Position numbers and translations under genes: made by a program. The notes beneath the pieces are model-generated. The model saw only the letters and a list, made by a program, of their open reading frames with translations. It did not search any database and was not told the origin of the DNA. From a bacterium (GTDB lineage Bacteria > Patescibacteriota > Patescibacteriia > UBA9570), in assembly GCA_030698395.1 (NCBI GenBank), contig JAUYKW010000025.1:4179-68178 (forward strand): 64,000 nucleotides of DNA, written 5' to 3'. Of this stretch, positions 50,411 through 59,048 are shown piece by piece. Position 1 is the first letter of the stretch. The number at the start of each line of letters is the position of its first letter.

Positions 50411-51330
50411 TCTTCAAGAGACTCTACAAATTTAATAACTTCCATACTAGCTCTACAACCTTCACCAGCTGCGCTGATGGCTTGTCGATATCTTTCATCG
50501 GCACAATCTCCAGCAAAAAATACTCCAGAGACACTTGTTGTCATTAAATCATTTGTTTTAATATATCCAGATTCTAAAAGCTCTACTTGATCCTTAAATA
50601 TTTCTGTATTTGGAGTATGTCCAATAGCTAGAAATACAGCATCAATATTTTTTTCTGATTCTTCGCCAGTTTTTTTATTCCTCAACATTATAGAATTTAA
50701 CTTTTCCTCACCATTAAAAGCGATAATTTCCGAATCCCAGATCACACTAATCTTATCATTATTCAATACTCTATCGGCCATAATTTTACTTGCTCTAAAT
50801 TCGTCCCGACGATGAACAATAGTTACAGAATTACAAAACTTAGTTAAAAAGTTCGCTTCTTCCATTGCAGTATCACCACCTCCCATTACTATTACATCCT
50901 TGCCTTTGTAGAAAAATCCATCACAAGTAGCACATGTTGATACTCCTTTAGCAAATAATTTGTCCTCTCCTGGCGCATTAGTTCTACGAGCACGTGCACC
51001 CGTAGCGATTATCACAGTCTTGGTTTGATATTCTGTTTCTCCTACAAACACCTTTAAAGGTTGTTGAGAAAAGTCTACTTTAGATACAGTATCACTCTTC
51101 ATTTCAGCACCGAATCTTTTTGCTTGTTTCTCCATGTCCATCATTAAAGTATTACCGTCTACTCCATCTTCATAACCTGGCCAATTTTCAATTACAGTAG
51201 TAGTTGTTAATTGTCCGCCTGGTTGCGTCCCTTTAAATACTAAGGTTTTTAAATCTCCCCGTGCAGCGTAAATTGCTGCAGTATATCCTGCGGGACCAGA
51301 TCCAATAATTATTACATCATGTATATTCAT
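50407..51330 (-). CDS. trxB: Thioredoxin reductase
   Basis: GSGPAGYTAA.YAAR, GGQL, CATCDG, GGGDTAMEE, YRQAISAAG. Confidence 0.98.
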   Translation of the reverse strand: MNIHDVIIIGSGPAGYTAAIYAARGDLKTLVFKGTQPGGQLTTTTVIENWPGYEDGVDGNTLMMDMEKQAKRFGAEMKSDTVSKVDFSQQPLKVFVGETEYQTKTVIIATGARARRTNAPGEDKLFAKGVSTCATCDGFFYKGKDVIVMGGGDTAMEEANFLTKFCNSVTIVHRRDEFRASKIMADRVLNNDKISVIWDSEIIAFNGEEKLNSIMLRNKKTGEESEKNIDAVFLAIGHTPNTEIFKDQVELLESGYIKTNDLMTTSVSGVFFAGDCADERYRQAISAAGEGCRASMEVIKFVESLED

Positions 51331-51366
51331 ATCAATATCATTAAAATTTATTAATCAGAATTAATT

Positions 51367-52122
51367 TTATATAAAGCTTAATAAATAATCTATTATATAG
51401 TTGATAGATCCCGTAAGCATAATCAAGCCCAATATAATTATTAAACCACCGGCTATCTTCTGGACCAACATCAAATACTTTCCAAATTTTCGAATTAGCG
51501 GTAAAAATTTTGTTACCCCCATTGCCATTACAACAAAAGGTAGACCTAATCCTAAAGCAAAAGTTAATAAAAGGAAAAATCCTTCCAAAGATCCTCCAGA
51601 AAATGTTGCCAAGAATAAAATTGTGGCTAACACCGGGCCAATACAAGGCGTCCAAGCCAAACCAAATGACACACCAACAATAAAGGAGTTAGCCCATTTT
51701 GCTTTTTTGAAATGAGGTTTAAAATCTATTTTTCCTTGTTTGTATAACCACGGAACCCGAATCAACTCCATTAAAAATAATCCTAAAATAATCAAGAATA
51801 TTCCACCAATCCGTTGTAACGATGCTTTATATGTTGCTAAAAAACTACCCAACGCTCCAGTTGCCAGACCAAGTAAAACAAATATTAATAGAAAGCCAGC
51901 AACAAATAAAAGTGAGTGAAATAAAAGTTGTTTTTGATATTTCTTATGCTCTTCAGGTTTTGCATTTTTTAATTCATTAATGCCTACGCCTGTAAAAAAA
52001 CTTACATATGCAGGGATCAATGGCAAAATACACGGAGAGAAAAAAGCTATTACACCAGCAAGAAAAGCGATGCCGAATCCGACATCGCTTCCTTGAAAGT
52101 TACTGATATTTAACCAGTCCAC
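51367..52122 (-). CDS. ccdA: CcdA / cytochrome c biogenesis disulfide transporter
   Basis: AFLAG..AFFSPCILPLIPAY, F.LAWTPCIGPVL, FALGLGLPF. Confidence 0.93.
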   Translation of the reverse strand: MDWLNISNFQGSDVGFGIAFLAGVIAFFSPCILPLIPAYVSFFTGVGINELKNAKPEEHKKYQKQLLFHSLLFVAGFLLIFVLLGLATGALGSFLATYKASLQRIGGIFLIILGLFLMELIRVPWLYKQGKIDFKPHFKKAKWANSFIVGVSFGLAWTPCIGPVLATILFLATFSGGSLEGFFLLLTFALGLGLPFVVMAMGVTKFLPLIRKFGKYLMLVQKIAGGLIIILGLIMLTGSINYIIDYLLSFI

Positions 52123-52132
52123 TTTCTACTAA

Positions 52133-52906
52133 TTACAAGTGTTTATCTAATACTTCAGCTATTGAAGATGCAGGTAACGCCCCTGGAATTTCTTCTAAGA
52201 TATTTCCTTCATTATCAATTACTACAGAAAAAGGAGTACCTTGTCCGCCTAATGAAGTAGCTTCACTAGAATCTTCTTTAACTCTGTCTAAATATTTTTC
52301 TGATTCTAAACAATCTGTAAACTGATCCTTATCTAAGCTAAGATCATCAGCCATTGTGAACAATTCTGTATCTGCTAATCCATCATTTGAAGTTGTACGC
52401 TCAAATATCAAATCAATATAATCCCAGAAAGAACCTTGTTCAGCTGCGCACTCAGAAGCTAATGCTTCACGTTCAGCCTTTTGATGTAAACTCTTTAGCG
52501 GTAAATGTTTATATCCCCACTTAACTTGACCATCATAATCACTCATTACTTCCGTCATAGTTTCGTGATATCTCTTACAGAATGGACATTCTGTGTCTGA
52601 GTATTCTACGATTGTAATATCTCCACTACCTTTGATGTTTCGAATTTTTTCTGGATCGATTGATCCTGATGGTGCAGCTTTAGCTACTTCAGCTGTGCCG
52701 CCATCATCGTTCTTATCAACTACTGCTGCTTTTTTTGTATCTTTTACAGAATCAGCGCCAGGAAAATCAACTTGCACTCCTTTTACCATCATAGTTAGTA
52801 GAATTAAAAAACCTAAGGCAAATGCAACGCCTGCAGTTAATAAAACGCCAGTCCAAAATGCCATGCGTGGTGGCAACTGATCCAACATGTTTTTATTTTG
52901 CTCCAT
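52133..52906 (-). CDS. Membrane-anchored DsbA-family thioredoxin-fold protein
   Basis: IVEYSD.ECPFC, KHLPL, A.ECAAEQG.FW, GTP. Confidence 0.92.
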   Translation of the reverse strand: MEQNKNMLDQLPPRMAFWTGVLLTAGVAFALGFLILLTMMVKGVQVDFPGADSVKDTKKAAVVDKNDDGGTAEVAKAAPSGSIDPEKIRNIKGSGDITIVEYSDTECPFCKRYHETMTEVMSDYDGQVKWGYKHLPLKSLHQKAEREALASECAAEQGSFWDYIDLIFERTTSNDGLADTELFTMADDLSLDKDQFTDCLESEKYLDRVKEDSSEATSLGGQGTPFSVVIDNEGNILEEIPGALPASSIAEVLDKHL

Positions 52907-53041
52907 AATAGATGTTTGAATTATTAATAAATTTATATTATCTAATGAATCTACTACATATAATAGTAGATAGTTAATTCTCAGTCAATAGAGAACTATA
53001 TTATTATCCACATTTTTGCCGGCTAATGCAAGCCATACGAC

Positions 53042-54550
53042 TTACCCCAAACTCTTTCTTAACTTTCCAGCCTTTAATATGGCAATTGAAATATCTTTAC
53101 GCTGACGTGATAGATAGTAAATATCTGAAGTTGTATTACGATGTAAGAAATGGTTAGTATTTTTTGGTTCTAGAGTAGTACCAAAATAATCTTGGATAAA
53201 TTCAATATCTTCTTTAATTTCTCTCCAGGCTTTACTTCGTTTCGCAAACTGATCCAAGTTTTCAGTATTCAAATAATGGCCAGCTCGTTTAATATCATGT
53301 TCCATATAGCGATAAACCTCATGTACAATTTCGCCTTCACCTTTACTTAGAGATCGCAATGTTTTACCAATACCAATTAATTCTGGAGGAACACCCAATG
53401 AATACATAGCAGCAGTAAATGTAATTGCGCGCGGAAATTCTTTCTTGCCAATAGATCTGCTATACCCCAATAATCCAATATGCAATCTCCGCTCTCGTCG
53501 TCGTGGAATAAATGGCGTAATCCTAAACATATCATTCGATATACCAGTAATAGATTCTCTATACTGACGCTCGGCACGTCTCACTATTGTATGTAAAATT
53601 TCTTTATCCCGCTCTGAAAAAATTCGTGGCTTACTATTTGGTAATTCTCTTTGTAATGTTTTAATTGCTGACTTCACCTGCTTTAATGGATAATCATATC
53701 GAAATGCTGATTGTACAGTTACAGTACTAACACCCTGATATTCTCCAATAAATTCTTTAATATGATCCGGTGAACATGATCCACGAAATGGTAACGAACC
53801 AGTACCAATTATAGGATAAACACGAATGCTACGCTTCTTACCCCATTGATACATTTCAGATAAAGCAATTTTGTTTGCAATCACTGCAGGCAAAAGTCCG
53901 GCTAACAAAGCTGGATCGCTACGAGCCAAAAACGGCCTGATGTAAGGAATGTCTTTTTTATAATACTTTTTATGAGCTCGACTATAAGTCTCCAGTAACT
54001 TAGCAATATTAAACATATCATCAACACCTTCAACTAATGGAATTACCTCTATATAATTGAAAGACTTAGTTTTATCTGTAAATAACTCATGCTTAACTTT
54101 TGCTAACTTGGTGAAAGTTTCTTGAATATGCAACAACTGCTCCGCTGATGTCGTCATTGGAAGGATAACTTCAAACAATGGATTTGATTTCATACCTAAA
54201 TCATGAGCTAAATCTGATGCTGTTAACATAGCCATAAATGCTCTAGCTAAAGAGTAACCCTTTTCTTCCCAAATATTAGGAATGCGAAAAGTTAAAAATT
54301 TATCTATGCCAATTAAGTTCTTCTGAAAGTAATCGTAGTATTCAGTCATTAATCGTTCTACAACAGCTTCGTCAACGTACTTTCCTTCCCAATCCCACAT
54401 GTATTCATCCACTCCCAAATCTTTAAAAGCAGATGCAGCCTCAGCTACTTCTTCTTGCGCGGAAACAAAGCCATCACCGTCCTTTTCCCAGAAAGGAGCA
54501 GAGGCATTATCCGGATGTTGTGTCGCCATTACGGCAGGAATTTTTCTCAT
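53042..54550 (-). CDS. ppcA: Archaeal-type phosphoenolpyruvate carboxylase
   Basis: IP..MATQHPDNA, E.MWDWEGK, FLTFRIPN, EVILPMT, RPFLARSDPA, GSLPFRG, TVQSAFRYD, PRAITF. Confidence 0.95.
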   Translation of the reverse strand: MRKIPAVMATQHPDNASAPFWEKDGDGFVSAQEEVAEAASAFKDLGVDEYMWDWEGKYVDEAVVERLMTEYYDYFQKNLIGIDKFLTFRIPNIWEEKGYSLARAFMAMLTASDLAHDLGMKSNPLFEVILPMTTSAEQLLHIQETFTKLAKVKHELFTDKTKSFNYIEVIPLVEGVDDMFNIAKLLETYSRAHKKYYKKDIPYIRPFLARSDPALLAGLLPAVIANKIALSEMYQWGKKRSIRVYPIIGTGSLPFRGSCSPDHIKEFIGEYQGVSTVTVQSAFRYDYPLKQVKSAIKTLQRELPNSKPRIFSERDKEILHTIVRRAERQYRESITGISNDMFRITPFIPRRRERRLHIGLLGYSRSIGKKEFPRAITFTAAMYSLGVPPELIGIGKTLRSLSKGEGEIVHEVYRYMEHDIKRAGHYLNTENLDQFAKRSKAWREIKEDIEFIQDYFGTTLEPKNTNHFLHRNTTSDIYYLSRQRKDISIAILKAGKLRKSLG

Positions 54551-54661
54551 ACCAGTGTATTGTACAGGTATTGACAAAATATTTCTATCTGTTAAAATCT
54601 TGCCGTCAATTTAAACCAAAAATACACCTATTTAAAGGGTGTTTTTAATTGGTACTATATT

Positions 54662-55084
54662 ATGAATCCAAGTATTATCAACAATTTAGTGACGCTTGCA
54701 GTTGCTCTAACTAGCATTCAACCGCTAGATACAACTGCTCCCCAACCGCAAGCTCAGCCACCTGAAGACAGTATTGTTATTGAATATGAAACTGAAGAAA
54801 TGTCAGCTACTTTGTATGCTTATAGTAGTACTGCTAGCCAAACAAATGGCAATCCATTCGTAACTGCATCTGGTGAAACGGTCACTGACGGCATTATTGC
54901 TAACAATTGCTTAGCATTCGGCACGGAAGTGATGTTTCCTGAAATATATGGCGATAAAATATTCCGTGTTCAGGATAGAATGGCTACTCGTTATGGATGT
55001 AACTCATTTGATGTTTGGTTCTCGAATACCGCAGATGCAATTCAATTTGGAAAAAAATACACTACAGCTGAAGTTATTCAATAA
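54662..55084 (+). CDS. 3D-domain (lytic transglycosylase-like) exported protein
   Basis: AYSS...QT..NPF.TASG, IA.N.L.FGT.V, VQDRM, FDVWF, A..FGK. Confidence 0.88.
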   Translation: MNPSIINNLVTLAVALTSIQPLDTTAPQPQAQPPEDSIVIEYETEEMSATLYAYSSTASQTNGNPFVTASGETVTDGIIANNCLAFGTEVMFPEIYGDKIFRVQDRMATRYGCNSFDVWFSNTADAIQFGKKYTTAEVIQ

Positions 55085-55085
55085 G

Positions 55086-55120
55086 GTAGGTATAAAAACA
55101 AATCGCGACCTATCTCTACT
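55086..55120. repeat. Degenerate GTAG-type REP copy
   Basis: TCGCGACCTATCTCTAC right arm resembles 16614-16630. Confidence 0.55.
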
Positions 55121-55129
55121 GTGCAATCA

Positions 55130-55855
55130 TTAACGCCGAGCCTCCCACTCGCCTTTATCAACTTTGTGTAGAATAAATTGGTTGAACCAATTTCGGCCCC
55201 ATTGCCATAATATTTTTGGCCAGCCATCACGATGAATTCTGCGCGCTGACATCTCGATATAATATTTACTAAATACTTGTATTTCACCCTGTTTAGCTAA
55301 GCGCTGAAACAATTCATGATCTTCCGATGTAGCCATAATAGGATTAAACCCTTCGAGCTTCTGAAAAGTTGAACTTCTAATAATTTGACAATCACCAGGT
55401 GCGCCACCAGTTTTTGTAATTCTATTCTGTAAATAAGTCATCATATTAGTAAAACCAAACCAAAATTTATCCCAAAATTTTACATCTTCCGGATATATAG
55501 TAATTGGAATTGTTGCTGCAACAATATTTTTATTATCTTTGAACAAATCTCTAATCTCAAATAATATCTGCTTTATTTTCGGAATTCGTACATCTGCATC
55601 GATAAACCATAAGATATCTCCACTTGCAGCTCGTGCGCCCCTGTTTCGGCACTCACCAATAGTGGATCTTTTATCACTTGGTAAATGTATTACTGCATCT
55701 GCCACCTGATATGCCTTCTCCCTGGTTTTATCTGTACTACCATTATCAGATACGATGATCTCAAAATCATCATCATGCACATCTTTAAATTGTTCAAGTG
55801 CTTGAAGAATGCCTTTCTCTTCATTATATGCTGGAATTATTAATGAAATTTTCAT
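55130..55855 (-). CDS. Glycosyltransferase family 2
   Basis: SLIIPAYNEE, DNGSTD.T, RNRGA, FIDAD, EDHEL. Confidence 0.93.
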   Translation of the reverse strand: MKISLIIPAYNEEKGILQALEQFKDVHDDDFEIIVSDNGSTDKTREKAYQVADAVIHLPSDKRSTIGECRNRGARAASGDILWFIDADVRIPKIKQILFEIRDLFKDNKNIVAATIPITIYPEDVKFWDKFWFGFTNMMTYLQNRITKTGGAPGDCQIIRSSTFQKLEGFNPIMATSEDHELFQRLAKQGEIQVFSKYYIEMSARRIHRDGWPKILWQWGRNWFNQFILHKVDKGEWEARR

Positions 55856-55961
55856 GAGTGCATTATAGCACTTAATCTTTACAAATACCGTTTATTTTGG
55901 TAAATTTCTAAAACCCATTAAAGTGATTTACCCGTACGATTCACGTATGTGAAACGTTCGT

Positions 55962-56035
55962 GGCCATGTACCCAAATTGGTTAAGGGAGCAGTTTGCAAA
56001 ACTGTTATGTGCAGGTTCGAGTCCTGTCGTGGCCT
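55962..56035 (+). tRNA. tRNA-Cys(GCA)
   Basis: GGCCATG/CGTGGCC acceptor, GCAGT-TT-GCA-AA-ACTGT, U73. Confidence 0.94.
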
Positions 56036-56149
56036 CAATTGTAATATGTCCGAACAACGGGACAAAATTCAAAACAACATACTCTCCACAACGTCCAGAA
56101 AACATTTACGGAGGCAAATGATACCAGTTAGAAGTAATATAATTTACGA

Positions 56150-56178
56150 TTGACAGGCTAAAATAACTTGGATATTAT
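56150..56178 (+). promoter_or_regulatory. Sigma70 promoter of the tRNA-Gly locus
   Basis: TTGACA-17 nt-TATTAT, 9 nt before the first broken tRNA copy. Confidence 0.7.
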
Positions 56179-56187
56179 ACCTCCTAC

Positions 56188-56353
56188 GCGGGGATAGCTC
56201 AGTTTCAGCCAAAGGCTGATCCGCCTACGGCGGAGGATAGAGCCCTTACCTACGATAGTCTATTTATAATGCGGGGATAGCTCAGTTTCAGCCAAAGGCT
56301 GATCCGCCTACGGCGGAGGATAGAGCCCTTACCTACGATAGTCTATTTATAAT
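56188..56353 (+). repeat. Two identical 83-bp tandem units: tRNA-Gly nt 1-17 + 30-bp insert + GGATAGAGC + spacer
   Basis: Units start at 56188 and 56271; inserts at 56205-56234 and 56288-56317. Confidence 0.92.
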
Positions 56354-56429
56354 GCGGGGATAGCTCAGTTGGTAGAGCGTCTGCTTGCCATGCAGAAGGT
56401 CGCGAGTTCGAATCTCGTTTCCCGCTCCA
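56354..56429 (+). tRNA. tRNA-Gly(GCC)
   Basis: GCGGGGA/TTCCCGC acceptor, TCTGC-TT-GCC-AT-GCAGA, CCA encoded. Confidence 0.96.
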
Positions 56430-56432
56430 AAT

Positions 56433-56469
56433 AAAAAAGCGCAGTTCAAAAATGATACTGCGCTTTTTC
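56433..56469. terminator. Bidirectional terminator
   Basis: AAAAAAGCGCAGT..ACTGCGCTTTTTT. Confidence 0.78.
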
Positions 56470-56479
56470 TTTAATAGAT

Positions 56480-58882
56480 TTAGCTCGGCCAGTTTTTCAG
56501 TCTAGCTTTTTTATTAACTTTATACTGAATAATTACTTTGCCACCATTCTTAATCTGAACTCTTTTATGCTTTTTCTTTAATTTAAATTTTTTCTTAGTG
56601 AAAGGATCTAAAACTTTAGTATTTCTTTTTGCTAACTTACTCCCTTTCTTCTTTGGAGAAAGCTTTAAAGAAGTTGTTCTTAGTTTGCCGTTTTTCTTCG
56701 TTGTAACTATTACTTCGTTCTTTTTGTTAGTTTTGTAAAAATTAAATACTCCCAGTCTAGATATCTTTTGACCCTTATTCCTTACTTTCTTCGATGATTT
56801 TTGGACACAGTTTGCAGTATTAAATATTCTTACCTTGATGCCATTCTTTTTTAGCACGATTAGTCTATTTCCATCCTTGGATAACTTAGCTTTTGGCTTA
56901 CCTTTTCCTTTCGTAAAAGCTGTACAAGTTAGAGTTGAATCATCTTCGTAAGTAAGCATGACCTTGCTATTCTTCTTAGAAGTTACTTTTGTAACATCTC
57001 CGCGGGATACTACTTCTACATCTCTGGTGGATGTAGCTATATTTCCTGAATCATCTGTGGCTATATAGGTAACTGTATATGTTCCTAGTTTATTAGTATT
57101 TACGTCACTAATGTCTGTTTCTAGGGTTCCGGTTGAGTAACTTGCTATAGCTTTATCAGAATCGCAAGTATCGGTTGCAGTTGCTCCAGCATCAGCATAT
57201 GTTGCGCCTTGCTTTACGGTTACAGAACTGTCTCCTGCCATGGTGATTACTGGATCTTTAGTGTCTGTCACGTTTACTGTGCGGATGGCAGTTCCAATAT
57301 TGCCGTCATTATCTGTTGCAGAGTAAGCTACACTGTAGCTACCTAATATATCGGTATCAACATTATTCGAAATAATTGCTGCACTTATTGTCGAATCAAA
57401 ATTGTCAGTTGCTGTTGCGCCAGAATCTGTATATGTTGAAGTACATTCTTGGATAACTGTGCTATCACCGGTTGCAGTTATAGTTGGATTTGTTTGATCT
57501 AGTTCATAAGCTCCAACGTCACAAGTACTATTCTCTGGTCGAACTAAACCACGTTGATCCCGCGTTTCGGTGCCGCTTAAACTAGAACATGTTCCAGTAT
57601 CTTTAGCAGGTGATGTTGATTGAATAGAGATCGTTTGATTTTCTCCACCATTATTTTCTAATCCCGCTACATCTAAAAGTGGATCCGTACTTGAATGATC
57701 ATTTATCTCCGTAAAACCGCAACTAGTCCCACCTTCAATATTATAATTTTGAGAAGTTATAGTTGGCGTACCAGCACCAGAAATATCACAATCTTCATCC
57801 GCAACGCTATTAGCACTATTCCCAGAAAGAATTGAATTTTTAACTCTCACAGTTGCTAGGTCATTTCCTTCTCCTTGCGCATGAATACCACCACCGCTTC
57901 CTTCAGCAGAATTACCTGAGATAGTACTATGCGATATATCAAATACATCTGCTACTCCAACGCTAGGATGACTACAGTATGAAAGAATGCCCCCACCATT
58001 ACCCGCTATATTATCTGCCGCATTTCCAGTAATAGTCGAATTAATTATAGAATGAGTACTAACCCCACATACACTAGCTATACCTCCACCACCGCCAGCT
58101 GTATTATTGGCGATAGTTGTCTGTTCTATTGAAATGTCTGATTCTCCAGAAATATAAATTGCTCCACCAACATCATCGTTATCAGCTCCACCATTATTTC
58201 CGGTAAATGTACTATCAACAACTGTTAAAGCTGCTGTAGTAACTGCCACTCCCGCACCATCATTAGCTGTATTATCTTTAATTGTTGATCTAGTAATAGT
58301 AACTGTCGCACTAGCATCAACCGAAATTCCACCACCTGCAACATTACTGTTATCTGTAACAATACTGTCAATAACATTCAACACGGTAGTTGCACCGCTA
58401 GCTGCATGTACACCACTTAACACACCTCCAGTTACAGTAATATCTTGAAGGGTAAGGGTGTTGAGAGCAAAAACGTCAAAAACACGATCACCTGTTATTG
58501 CGCCATTACCGTCAATTATAGTTGTTGTAGCACTATCACCTTGAACAGTAATATCACTAGCTGTACCTGATACATCAAGATCACCCGTTGCTGAGTTATC
58601 TTCGCCTATACCCGAAATTTGTAATGTTATTGTATCTGCAGGCACATTAATTGTATGTGTTCCTCCTGCTGTATCAGCTGCAATAAATGCTTCACGCAAT
58701 GAACAATCGTTTCCGCCACCGCCGTCAGCAACACACGATCCATCTGGTGCCGGATCTGCATTAGCATGAGCGCCTAGATCATTATCCGAAACGTTTACTG
58801 TATACGTTGCTGCATGAGCTGGTATCACCCATACACCAAACACCGCTAATGCCGTAATTAGAATTAATTTAGCTTTTTTCAT
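56480..58882 (-). CDS. Surface protein: CSLREA motif, beta-helix / choice-of-anchor Q region, two DUF5011-like Ig domains, Lys-rich C-terminal domain
   Basis: Signal peptide AHA, CSLREA, N.A..GGGI repeats, DQRG..RP....CDVGAYE, Y.D.GATATD repeats. Confidence 0.88.
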   Translation of the reverse strand: MKKAKLILITALAVFGVWVIPAHAATYTVNVSDNDLGAHANADPAPDGSCVADGGGGNDCSLREAFIAADTAGGTHTINVPADTITLQISGIGEDNSATGDLDVSGTASDITVQGDSATTTIIDGNGAITGDRVFDVFALNTLTLQDITVTGGVLSGVHAASGATTVLNVIDSIVTDNSNVAGGGISVDASATVTITRSTIKDNTANDGAGVAVTTAALTVVDSTFTGNNGGADNDDVGGAIYISGESDISIEQTTIANNTAGGGGGIASVCGVSTHSIINSTITGNAADNIAGNGGGILSYCSHPSVGVADVFDISHSTISGNSAEGSGGGIHAQGEGNDLATVRVKNSILSGNSANSVADEDCDISGAGTPTITSQNYNIEGGTSCGFTEINDHSSTDPLLDVAGLENNGGENQTISIQSTSPAKDTGTCSSLSGTETRDQRGLVRPENSTCDVGAYELDQTNPTITATGDSTVIQECTSTYTDSGATATDNFDSTISAAIISNNVDTDILGSYSVAYSATDNDGNIGTAIRTVNVTDTKDPVITMAGDSSVTVKQGATYADAGATATDTCDSDKAIASYSTGTLETDISDVNTNKLGTYTVTYIATDDSGNIATSTRDVEVVSRGDVTKVTSKKNSKVMLTYEDDSTLTCTAFTKGKGKPKAKLSKDGNRLIVLKKNGIKVRIFNTANCVQKSSKKVRNKGQKISRLGVFNFYKTNKKNEVIVTTKKNGKLRTTSLKLSPKKKGSKLAKRNTKVLDPFTKKKFKLKKKHKRVQIKNGGKVIIQYKVNKKARLKNWPS

Positions 58883-59048
58883 GAGGAAATTTTTTTTATT
58901 ACTTATCTATATATCATTCTACCAAAAATATGGAATCTAACACAGTGACAGTTTTTAGAAAATATTTTATCAATATTTAAACTTGAAATTTATTGAAAAC
59001 TATTGTTTAATATAACTAATTAAGTAGCTAATAATTGCTCGCTAGTTA

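Noticed and set aside
56188-56370. Tandem repeats as a CRISPR array
   Set aside because: The units are fully identical with no unique spacers, derive from tRNA-Gly, and no cas genes are present.
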